Assembly (NCBI RefSeq): GCF_964204645.1
Contig: NC_134026.1
Location: 12,299,950-12,363,949 of the forward strand
Reading direction: 5' to 3'
From: Tubulanus polymorphus
Lineage: Eukaryota; Animalia; Nemertea
DNA length: 64,000 nucleotides
Of the stretch, positions 36,216 to 46,980 are shown one piece after another. The notes under the pieces were generated by a model, which saw only the letters and a list, made by a program, of their open reading frames with translations, was not told the DNA's origin and made no database searches. The first letter of the stretch is position 1, and every line of letters starts with the position of its first letter. A program made the translations under genes and the position numbers.

Positions 36216-36634
36216 CTGGAGTTTGCTTCATCAAGTGTTAGAGTATGAAATTTTAGTAAAAGTATTAGAAATTATGTGGGTTTTTTGTGCATAATAAAAT
36301 TTCAAAAAACAGCCATATGGATATAAAGTGTTGCTATTTTTGTTCAGTTTGATATAATAATTCTCGAAATCGGTGTGAAATAAATTGGAGTAATTCACTC
36401 CAAATTCCAGAATGTGGAATGACAGTGTTCATACGTATTTCAGGTTCAGATGATATATCAGGGAAAATGCCATCATCCCCATGGTCGTTAAAAAAAGACC
36501 TGAGGAACGAAGTCACAGGAAAATAGCAGTGGAAGTATTGTTCATATTTCAAGGTTAAAATGCAGAAAATGGCATCGCTGGAGCCTTTAAAAATCAAAAT
36601 TTTCTGGGGGAGGGCGGTGAATCACAACTTCGAA

Positions 36635-36790
36635 CCATCATAACGCAACTACCAAAGTTCAACAGCGAAGACGACATATCAGTCGAGGAATTCTCAGACC
36701 ACTTTGAAGAAGCCCTCGAAACATTCGAGGTTCCAAATATATATAAAAAGAAATTTATTACGACTCAATTAGTCGGCGAGGTGCGGTCAG
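36635..36790 (+). pseudogene. Possible LTR-retrotransposon gag fragment
   Basis: Hand translation ITQLPKFNSEDDISVEEFSDHFEEALETF resembles the P.F.G...F...FE capsid motif. Short. Confidence 0.35.
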
Positions 36791-37139
36791 TCTATATATT
36801 CATAAGAAAAAATCTGAGTTGATATGATGACATACTAGGTTATGACAATAACCTAATCTCTTGTGATCTCTTGTGTAATCTCTTGTGAAGCCAGTCTTAG
36901 GCAGTCTCAATCTGTACGGAACTCACTGGAAGCTTTGCATATGATGTTTTAATGCACGTTTTATTTCATATATCAATCTCTTAAAATGAAAATTTAATTC
37001 TGTTCTGTCCACTTTATTGTTACTAAACCTGCGGTGCTGTTGTATTACTAAGGATCAAACAAGTTTATTAGGGTTTCTGCTGCTTTCGCAGCTTTGATAT
37101 GAAGCTTGTTTTGGAGCAAACCGAATAGCCCTTAAAATA

Positions 37140-38135
37140 CCAATTCCACGTGGCTTAATGGTCTGCTTGGAAGCAGGACCGTCTCTTCATAACGATGTCT
37201 TGGGTATTTTGTTGCGTTTTCGTTTAGGACAGTTTGCTGCCGTATCTGATAACGAGAAGGCTTTGCTTCAAATTGAATTGGCTGATGAAGATAAGAATTT
37301 AACCGCTTTCTCTGGTTGAAAGATGCGGGAGATCCTAACAGTGAGTTGGTGACGTACAGGTTTCGATTCGTTTTATTTGGGGCTACGTGTTCGCCGCTTA
37401 TACTTAACGCTACCGTACTGAAGCATCTGGACATGAATCCGAGCGTGACGAGTGACGTAATTAAGAGGAACGTTTACGTGGACAATGTAATCAGTAGTAT
37501 GAACAGTCAGGCGGAGTTAACTGATTTCTACAGGAATTCTCGGGAACTGTTAGGCAAAGGTGGATTTAACTTGCGTTCGTGGACGAGTAATAGTCGTGAC
37601 GTTCAGCATTTGGCGGAAATTGATTGCGTCAATGAGTAATCGTCAAAAGTAAAAGTCTTAGGTATAAAATGGGATGCAAGCGTAGGTGAAATTGAGCTGA
37701 ATTCGGTCAAATCCATTTCGGTCTATGGATCAGGATGTCGTAACTAAACGTATGATACTCAGCGATTCAGCGAAAGTTTATGATCCGTTAGGATTTATCT
37801 CGCCGGTCTTAGTGACACCGAAGTTATTGATGCAAGATCTTTTGAAATCGGGATATTATTAGGATGAACATGTACCAGACGAAATTAGATGTAGATGGAT
37901 AACCGCGGTTCATAATATTACGTCGATGCTGAACCGATCCTATCCTAGGTACTTGTTTGACACTGGAATAGACTCAATATCTAGCTACGAGCTACATGTT
38001 TCGCGGACGCCAGCGAGAAGTCGTATGGTGCTGTAGCGTATCCTGTTAAGTCAGGGCAGTCGAGTTTCCTGATGTCGAAGTCGCGCCCGTCAAACCTTTG
38101 ACAGTACCACAACTGGAACTTATCGCTGCAGTTAT
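37140..38135 (+). pseudogene. BEL/Pao retrotransposon pol remnant (RT plus RNase H region)
   Basis: [53 protein letters not shown] and VPQLEL. Confidence 0.88.
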
Positions 38136-38997
38136 ACACGACTCTCGTAAAGATGGCGACACCGATCGATAATTTAGCCGTGACGTCATACGGTGAAAAA
38201 TACTTCCGTGTTATAATGGCGCTCGTTTCAAATATTGGTGAGTAATCAGGAGAAACATTGCGTTGTTTATCATCATTAAAGCACTCAAATCATGCATGTA
38301 AACGAATGAGAGAATCGTGAGTTTGTGCTGTTGTCCTGGCCTCAGTCCACAGGTGCCAGCACCTCCAGTAATTTTCAAAATGGCAGCTGTTGACTGGACG
38401 GAAATTTACTCTCACTTTACGGCCGATTTGCACATGGATTAAGATCGTCAGGTGAGGTGTTATAGGTATCAGACAAACTACGAATCTGTTGTGCGTCGAT
38501 TACAGCAAAAATTAGACGGATATCTTAAGAGACAATGAAATGCCAGGCAAATTACTCGTCAGTCAAATTGGCTGACGAAGATTTCATACAAAAATGACCT
38601 TCCCATTCCTGACTGTGGTTTGTGAAAATATCCGATCGTGAAACTAAACCACAGACAGGTTACTGACTAGGCCGGGCCCGGGTCGTCAGTCAGGCCGAGT
38701 CAGAGAGACAGAGTCAGTCTGAGACTGATCTATTTAGAAATCCGCGCTTGGTTGTGACGGCCTCATTTTATGACCTAGACTGGATTAATATTTAGAATCC
38801 TGAATTACATATAACATTATAGGCCTGCAGGCGTATTGTAGGTCTAATTAATACCTCTATACTTTTGAATCCTGAATTTCATCGACAGTCAGAGAGTCAT
38901 CGTAACATGAATCATCACATAAATCAATATACCCACTTCACTTTTTAGGGGATGCTGCTTCTAGCACAGCTGATCATGGATATGCTGCGGCCAGCAC

Positions 38998-39288
38998 AGT
39001 AATAGGGGTAATGGGCTTTCATACCAAAGGTCGAAAGGTCGAGCTCATAAAAAATGAAAAATATGAAAATAATAATAATTTCTATTTGAATTAGTAGCGA
39101 AACTCATATAAAATGAAAAATAATTCTCACACGCTCGAATTTATTTTTCATTTTTATGAGTTTCACTCCTAATTCAAGTAGAAATTGTTATTATTTTCAT
39201 GTTTTTCATTTTTTATGAGCTCGACCTTTCGACCTTTGGTATGAAAGCCCAAAAACCTTTAGCTTGAAAGCCCATTACCCCTATTACT
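38998..39288. repeat. P2 left fold-back palindrome (291 bp, with a small partial duplication in the inner arm)
   Basis: AGTAATAGGGGTAATGGGCTTTCATACCAAAGGTCGAAAGGTCGAGCTCATAAAAAATG...CATTTTTTATGAGCTCGACCTTTCGACCTTTGGTATGAAAGCCC...CCCATTACCCCTATTACT. Confidence 0.93.
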
Positions 39289-39500
39289 CTTAAAATAATC
39301 ATATACATGAATAACATTTAAATTGACAGATTATTCAATATAAAAGTGTAAGCTCTTATAGAATAGATATATAGATATATTTTAAACATTATTTCAATAT
39401 TCATATTTGTATGAGTTAGATTTTTAAATATTAAAAGTGTTAGTAAATTGTGATTGAAATAATACATGATATAAATCATTGAACTTCTAAAATCAATTTA
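39289..39500 (+). repeat. P2 inner TIR, left copy (pairs with 56460-56671)
   Basis: About 210 bp, near-identical inverted match including GTAAGCTCTTATAGAATAGATATATAG. Confidence 0.9.
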
Positions 39501-39521
39501 GTAAAAAAATATGTATAATAA

Positions 39522-40174
39522 ATGGAATCAGAACAACTGCAAACTATCAATATTACAAATAACACTGGCGTCATAAATATATACTACAAGAAGTGTTCTA
39601 AATGTGAATTAGATAAATTAGCTTTAACAGAATTTAGTAAGCGTAAGATTAGCAAAGATGGTTTTCAATATTACTGTAAAACTTGTTTTAAACTATATAC
39701 CAAACAATACCGAGAAGATAATATAGAACATTATAATCATTATATGGCAGAATATATGAGAGAAAGATATCAAACAGATCTTAATTTTAGATTAAACAAT
39801 GCTTAAGGACTAGATTAACACAATTATTCAACAAAGAAACACATTCAGAAACACTATCTAATTTATTGGGTTGTTCAGATGAATTCTTAAAATCATGGAT
39901 AATATATCAGTTTAATGATAAAATGAATATAGATAATTATGGGGATTATTACCATATTGATCATGTGTTACCAATATCTAAATTTAACATGAATGATGAA
40001 TACAATAAAAAACTTATTTGGGGTTGGAAAAATTTAAGGCCTTTAGAAAAGAAAGAAAATATAATTAAATCTAACAAACTAGATATGAAATTATATTTAG
40101 ATCAACTTGATAAAGCAAAGACATTTGTTGAATTATGTAACTCAACACATAATGAAAAATACGTTGAATGTTAA
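39522..40174 (+). pseudogene. HNH/EndoVII-like nuclease, frameshifted near 39795
   Basis: Homologue of 31754-32407. Confidence 0.85.
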
Positions 40175-40593
40175 ATGCTTAGAAAACCGGTTACTCTCGA
40201 TCTATGTCAAACTGCCTATATGCAATTGTATTAGGTTAGCTATAGGTTGTTTACAAAAACATCTGCGGCAGTTATATTCAGTTGAATGGGGTGTACCTCA
40301 TTTGAATATTGATCGAATGTGCTATTTCAGTTGAAAAGGATTAATCAATTACACCACAAAGGAACATCTGTTACAATCCAGGCAAACGTGCAGAAATAAT
40401 TAGTTTGGTCGAACGTGCGCCACGTCGGCAGTTAGAAATCAACATTCACATACATAGTACGTATTGGATATTCTCTCTCAAAACACAGTTTACAGTTCTA
40501 AATCTAAATGTAAGTTCATATATTATGAAGTAGGGAAACCTTTAAACATATTTAAGTACAGTAATTCATTTTCACGACATCTTTTAGATTAAA

Positions 40594-41058
40594 ATGGAAT
40601 ACAGAGATCAACCAGAAATTCCAAGTCAACCATCGGAAGAGGAACCAGAAACGATGGATAGTGAAACACAGGAATCAATAGAAATGGAGGATGAAAATCT
40701 CGTAATTGACGAACAAACTTCACAAAAATTACAAGAACATTTGGACTATCATCAAGAATTGGTGAAAATTCTGAGTGATGTAATACATAATAAACAATTA
40801 CCGCGCGAACTACAATTACCAAAATTACCAGCAACGCGACTTAAATTGCTGTTGGGACTCAAAGAATCGAAAACTAAGAAAATGAGTGGAGATATCAGTG
40901 CCGGTTTTGAAAGAAAACTGAGAAGAGTAGGTAGATTAATAAAATATGAAAAATTCAAAATATTAGGATTAGCATTTAGTGAAGTAGTCAGATATTTACC
41001 AGAAATTGAAGAAATGATTGGAAACAATCCAGTAATTAAAGAATTCTGGACAAAATAA
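40594..41058 (+). CDS. 154-aa hypothetical protein unique to P2
   Basis: Open ORF starting in TTAAAATGG with an acidic N-terminus. No counterpart seen in P1. Confidence 0.6.
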   Translation: MEYRDQPEIPSQPSEEEPETMDSETQESIEMEDENLVIDEQTSQKLQEHLDYHQELVKILSDVIHNKQLPRELQLPKLPATRLKLLLGLKESKTKKMSGDISAGFERKLRRVGRLIKYEKFKILGLAFSEVVRYLPEIEEMIGNNPVIKEFWTK

Positions 41059-41150
41059 TAAATTATAACACTGAAGGTCTTAGATATCAAAAAATGTAAT
41101 CTCGATTGTATATATCTGTTTTAATATTGTATTGTTTACTGTTAACTAAG

Positions 41151-41365
41151 TATTGCGCAATAACCGGTCCGATTGGACCGCTTTTCTATTGTTCTCCATT
41201 GTTCTATTATCGATGGTTGTTGACGGAAACAGCTGCTCAATATTGATTGGTTACAGTTCTATGTTTGAATGTTGTAGTTTACAGAATAAAAATATAACTG
41301 TGTATTGCGCAATAACCGGTCCGATTGGACCGCTTTTCTATTGTTCTCCATTGTTCTATTATCGA
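41151..41365. repeat. Direct repeat of about 62 bp (two copies) containing the hairpin CGGTCCGATTGGACCG
   Basis: TATTGCGCAATAACCGGTCCGATTGGACCGCTTTTCTATTGTTCTCCATTGTTCTATTATCGAT at 41151 and 41303. Confidence 0.9.
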
Positions 41366-41575
41366 TCGCTAAAATTTACTTAATAAATATATGTGTTTGT
41401 GAAATAATATTTCCACCAGTCGTTTCGTTGAATTGATTTTCAGTTGAGGATTTATTATCGAGGATCCGAAATGACTTATCAAAAGCAGCTAGGAATGAAA
41501 AAGGATGACGTTAGTCGAAGAAATGGAAGAGGATTCTAAAATGTTAATCAATTTTAATAAAAATTTGATTTATAA

Positions 41576-41791
41576 ATGGAAAGGAATGATGATAACAATA
41601 AAAAACTTATTTGGAATTGGAAAAATTTAAGACCTCTTGAAAAGAAGGAAAATCAAATCAAATCTAATAAACTAGATTTACAGTTATATTTAGAACAGTT
41701 AACAAAGGCAAAGAAATTTATTGATCAATGGAACAATGATCCAAATAATGAACAATATGTTGAGGGATTTGATATCAAGGATCCGAAATGA
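41576..41791 (+). CDS. 71-aa truncated paralogue of the HNH nuclease C-terminus
   Basis: KKLIWNWKNLRPLEKKENQIKSNKLD. Has its own TAAATG start and lacks the HIDH motif. Confidence 0.65.
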   Translation: MERNDDNNKKLIWNWKNLRPLEKKENQIKSNKLDLQLYLEQLTKAKKFIDQWNNDPNNEQYVEGFDIKDPK

Positions 41792-42092
41792 CTTATCTGG
41801 ACAGTTATAATTACTGCTCCTAATAGATAAACAAAAGTAGTGAGATATCAAATAGAATTCAAATAAAATATATTAAAAATTACACATCTTCAACTAACTA
41901 GTATTAGTTATTGTTTTTTTAATATTTTCTTTTCAAAAAAGAATACTTTATATCACAAATAAAAAATACTAAAAAAACAATAACTAATTCTAAAATTCTT
42001 TACCTTTAACTAAGCTAGTATTAATCTAAAGAGATACTGGTATCATTTTATAATACTTATAATATTTTTCTTATTAAATTTCTCTAATATAA

Positions 42093-42695
42093 ATGTCAAA
42101 GAAATCGAGTAAGAATAGTATTGATATTGAAAAGACATTAGATGATTTGGGTATAAGTAATAATAAAGATACAGTTGTAACTAATTGTGCTCAAGTTAAT
42201 AACAATATTGATTATGAATACTACTTATATTGTAAACACCATCTTGAGTTACTAATTGCTGGCGGGAAATCTAAACAATTTTTAACTAAAACTATTACTT
42301 TTCAAGAATTAGATGCTATGAAACCAGATAAAGTAATAAAATATTTTAAGATTTATGAAGAAGCAAGATTAGCTAGAATAAATGATTCTATTTCAGATGG
42401 TATTGTCAAATGTTGCTCTAAGTTATGTAACCAGTTAATACCAATTGATGACGAAAATAAATTATATAGTGATTTGAAAAATGACTACTTAGTTATGACT
42501 GAATTACAAAAATGGGTTGGAGATGCTTCATTTCAATTAGGATCGGTTATGACATTAATTTCTACTGGCGTCATAACATTTTCGAATATCAAGCCTATGG
42601 AATATAAATCAGGTAAGAACGAAACAGATGTACTACAACCAAACGTCGAAACAGAAAATGAATCAGAACAAAAATTAACTAAACTAAATGAGTGA
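42093..42695 (+). CDS. 200-aa hypothetical Polinton protein
   Basis: Intact ORF with a TAAATG start, conserved in P1. Confidence 0.8.
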   Translation: MSKKSSKNSIDIEKTLDDLGISNNKDTVVTNCAQVNNNIDYEYYLYCKHHLELLIAGGKSKQFLTKTITFQELDAMKPDKVIKYFKIYEEARLARINDSISDGIVKCCSKLCNQLIPIDDENKLYSDLKNDYLVMTELQKWVGDASFQLGSVMTLISTGVITFSNIKPMEYKSGKNETDVLQPNVETENESEQKLTKLNE

Positions 42696-43049
42696 TGGAA
42701 AAAGGTTAGATCCGAGAAACAAATTAAATGGGCAAGAGAATTAGGTAAAAGATCTTCAGAATTAAAAAAAGCTAAGAAAAAGAAATTAACTGATATAAAT
42801 GAATCACAGACTTTATCTGATATTGATTCAAATAATAATCCATCTGATTCTTCTAATACTGGAAGTAATTATAAATTATATATTACAATTGGATTAGTAA
42901 CAGTTATTATATTATCCGGCGTAATATATAAATCAAAATTCAAATCTGATGATAAAGATGATTTCAATGATAATAAACCTATTATACCAGAAAATAAATC
43001 AAATCATAAAGCTATTGAAACTAAATCTAAATTATTATTAATGGATTAA
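42688..43049 (+). pseudogene. Small basic single-TM protein, frameshifted
   Basis: Homologue of 29519-30002. Confidence 0.65.
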
Positions 43050-43055
43050 AATAAA

Positions 43056-44142
43056 ATGAAAAAAGAACAATATTTAAGAGATTTATATTATAACCCAGAA
43101 AGTGAAGTATCATATTCTAACGTTTCAGAATTATGGAATAAAATTAAATCTGATAAGTAAAATATAAAATATTGTGAGTTAAAATCATGGTTACAAAATC
43201 AACCAACATATCAAATCCACAAGAAAATGGATAAAACTTATTTAACAAGAAAAGTTATGGTTTCATATATCGATCAACAATGGCAAGCAGATTTAATTGA
43301 TATGAAGAACTTAGAAGAATACAACAAAGGATATTTCTGGATATTAAATGTTATAGACATATTCAGGAGATACGCATGGTCAATTCCAATCAAAAATAAA
43401 ACTGGTATAGAAGTGACAAATGCTTTTAAATCAATATTTAAAGAAGCTATTCCAGATAAGATACAATTTGACGGAGGTAAAGAATTTTATAACAAACATT
43501 TCAAAAAACTATTATCTGATAACGATGTAGATTATTTTTCAACACACTCAGATAAAAAAGCATCTATTATAGAAAGATTTAATAAAACATTGAAAACTAG
43601 AATGTGGAAATATTTTACTGCTAATGAAACATATAAATATATCAATGTGTTAGATGATTTAGTGAAAGGTTATAATAATTCTAAACATAGTTCTATAAAT
43701 ATGAAACCTATACAAGCTAGAAAAGAAGATAATTCAGAAATAGTTTGGAAAAATTTATATGGTGCGTTTGTTAAACATGATTTTGGAGAACCTAAATTTA
43801 AAATTGGACAACACGTTAGAATATCTAAATATAGAAAAACCTTTTTATAAAGGTTATACCCCTAATTTTACAGAAGAAATATTTAAGATTAAAAAGATAA
43901 TATTAACTAAACCTTTTGTTTATAAATTAGAAGATCTAAAAGATGAAGAAATATTAGGTTATTTCTATGAACAAGAATTATCACTTGTACCAAATCCAAA
44001 TGAAATAGAATACAAAATAGAAAAAGTATTGAAAACAAAAACTCTTAAAGGAAAAAAGTATTCTTTGGTGAAATATAAAGGATACGATGATAAATTTAAT
44101 GAATGGATTTTATCTAGTAAAATTAAAAGAATAAATGAATAA
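43056..44142 (+). pseudogene. rve integrase plus chromodomain, with a stop near 43158 and a frameshift near 43845
   Basis: Same motifs as 28426-29512. Confidence 0.92.
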
Positions 44143-44430
44143 AGATTTATTTATATTTGAACCGCATATTATGTTAGTTACTGGTGTAACAAACTGTGGT
44201 AAAACACATTTCATATTAGATTTGTTAGAAACTATTAGTAAAGAATCATTTTGATAATATAATATTATTCTGTCCTACTTATGTAATGAATAAAACATAT
44301 AATAGAGATATAGTTAAGATAAAAAAGTTTATTATATTAGATCCTAAAACAGTAAAAGAAAATTTAGATAATTGTATAAAAATAACAATTGATACTTATA
44401 AAGGATCAAATACATTATTCATTGTAGATA
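44135..44430 (+). pseudogene. Packaging ATPase, 5' half only (deleted from Walker B onward)
   Basis: GVTNCGKT present. The sequence jumps at ...TTGTAGAT into the GATACCCTA repeat. Confidence 0.85.
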
Positions 44431-44787
44431 CCCTAATACCTGATACCCTATTAGATACCCTATTAGATACCTTAAATACTTAAAACCCCCTTTTTTAAAA
44501 TAAATATTATTTATACAATTTTCAACCAATTTCTTTTTATTTTTCAACTAATATATGAATAAGTTTGAAAATAATAAAGGTTATTTATTATTACTGAGGT
44601 TTCAATTTCCATATGAATATCAGTTTATAAAATAAGATATTTTATGTATTAGATTGTATTAGATTGTATTAGATATGTATTAGATACCTTAAATGCCTTA
44701 AATACTTAAAACCCCCTTTTTTAAAATAAATATTATTTTTACAATTTTCAACCTTTATTACTTTTTGAGTTAAATATAATTAATATC

Positions 44788-45660
44788 TTAATCACTTTCA
44801 CTATCAGACCCCCCTAACAATTTATTCAAATGCTCTATCGAATCTACTTCTAATTCTTCATTATTTTTATACTTATTCTTCACCCTTTTTACCGCATCAT
44901 CAATAGTTGTTTCATCGTTATGCTTATTCATCCAATCAAATTTATCATTATTTTCTACTTTATGTTTCATAGAATCTTTATTATCAATATCTGTAACTAT
45001 ATTTTCATTATCATCTTTATTAGTGTTTGCTCCTAATATTTCATTTATAATGTTTGATCCTAATATTTTATTAGCATCGGTTAAATCTAATTCATCTTTA
45101 TTAGGTGTTGCTAATAATAAATCTTCATATAATTCTTTACTATTTACTTTTTTATTTGAAACAAATTTTGTAACATATCTAAATGGGTGTTCTATAAATT
45201 CTCTTAAACCAACACGCTCTATTACATTAGTAATATGTACCCTTGTATTCATATGTTTATTCCAATTTGATGGAGCGTTTGAAAATTCACCTTTACAATG
45301 ATCACAATAATTTCTTTTTTCACTAAAATTTAATATTATTTCATTATTTGATGTAGAAGGTATTACATTATTTGATGTAGAAGGTATTACATTATTAGAT
45401 GTAGTAGGTATTACATTATAAGATGTAGAAGGTATTACATTATTAGATATAGAAGGTATTACATTATTATCAATTACATTACTTAAATTATCAACAACTT
45501 CACTTTTATTATTATCTATTTCTATTAGTTTTGTTTTATAAATTTTGAAAATAAGATCAAATATCAAAGCTATATTACAAGGTATTGCATAATATAAACC
45601 ATCATTATTTTCATGTGTATCGATGTATGGAATATGTTTATATACTTTACCTCCTTCCAT
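44788..45660 (-). CDS. 290-aa zinc-finger protein with five 24-bp NNVIPSTS-type repeats
   Basis: Homologue of 26620-27441. Confidence 0.8.
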   Translation of the reverse strand: MEGGKVYKHIPYIDTHENNDGLYYAIPCNIALIFDLIFKIYKTKLIEIDNNKSEVVDNLSNVIDNNVIPSISNNVIPSTSYNVIPTTSNNVIPSTSNNVIPSTSNNEIILNFSEKRNYCDHCKGEFSNAPSNWNKHMNTRVHITNVIERVGLREFIEHPFRYVTKFVSNKKVNSKELYEDLLLATPNKDELDLTDANKILGSNIINEILGANTNKDDNENIVTDIDNKDSMKHKVENNDKFDWMNKHNDETTIDDAVKRVKNKYKNNEELEVDSIEHLNKLLGGSDSESD

Positions 45661-45692
45661 TTATTACATAAATTTTTATTAAAGTTAAAATT

Positions 45693-46940
45693 CTAATACA
45701 TAACACTATTTAATTGAGAATTTACAATATTTAATTGCGCGTCAGATATAATATAAATGTGCATTTTGAAATTTTTGATTCCTTTATTCTTTTTCATGAA
45801 TAATTGTATTCCATCTTTAGTGTTTTGCAGTTTTTTTCCAGAACCATGTAATGAATTATCCTCTGTTGTTCTAAAATCTAACCATAATGCATATTTATTA
45901 CCGGTATAATAATCAATTTGATTGATATTACAATTTTCAGATGATTTCACTTTTTCATTCATAAAATGTTTTCTAATTTCTGGCCATTGATCAATCATTC
46001 TCATTCCTTGACAAAATATCTTATTTGCTATTCCTTCGATAGTTATTTCTACTTTTGTTATTTCAGGATTATAATAATTATCAACATTTATTGCGCCATT
46101 AGTATATGTTGCAATGGTAAAAAATATTAATATACCTTTAATAGATCTTCTTGGGAAGTTAATATTCTCATTAATAATTTCATCATTTGCATTAATAGTT
46201 ACAGTTTTAAATCTATCAATATAATCATATAATAATGAAAATCCTTGATTGTATTTAGTTTGAATTATACTTGAAATATTTTCATCAGTTACTGTATCAT
46301 ATTCTAAACATATATTCGATAATTTATAACTCATATCTTTATTAACGCTAGATATTACAATTTCATTTACAGGAGCAAATGTTATTTCGAATATAACGTC
46401 TTCTTGAATTGCGTATTTATATAAAGGCGCATTATTATTTATCAATTCAAAGTCTAATGGAATTTTATATTTGCTTCCATATATACTTTTTATCAATTAA
46501 TCTATAGAATTAGTTAATATTGCATTATGCGCTTCTGATCTTAATTTATTTTGGTTTTCTGATTGGATGCCTTGAAATATCATATTATTTCTATTTTCTT
46601 TAGTTAACCATAAATCTTTATAATGCATAAATAAATTATAATCATCTAATGAGAAAACTGTTTCTGGACCAATCTTTATCGTTAATTTTATAATCAAATA
46701 TCTCCCAACATTATCGACAACATAATTATTATTATTACCGGTTACTTTTCTATCGGCTGATAAATAAATACTATTTGGAACATAAAAAGTATTTTGTGTT
46801 AATCGAGGAATTCTAACATATAAAGTTTCATCGGGATTAATATTAGAAGGGTTATGAGTAATTCTATGATGAGATCTTTCTGCTTTAATAGCATTAGATA
46901 TTCTATGATTCTTAGAAGGATTGATATAACTCCCACTCAT
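45693..46940 (-). pseudogene. Putative major capsid protein (about 415 aa) with a single in-frame stop at 46497
   Basis: Two abutting in-frame ORFs. Size, beta-rich composition and context (mCP and ATPase present) fit a double jelly-roll MCP. Confidence 0.78.
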
Positions 46941-46980
46941 TTATTTAACAAAAAAATTAATTATATATTTTTTATCATGT

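Noticed and set aside
38992-38997. CAGCAC as the TSD of P2
   Set aside because: It does not match the right flank CTCTTA. The matching copy is at 34731-34736.
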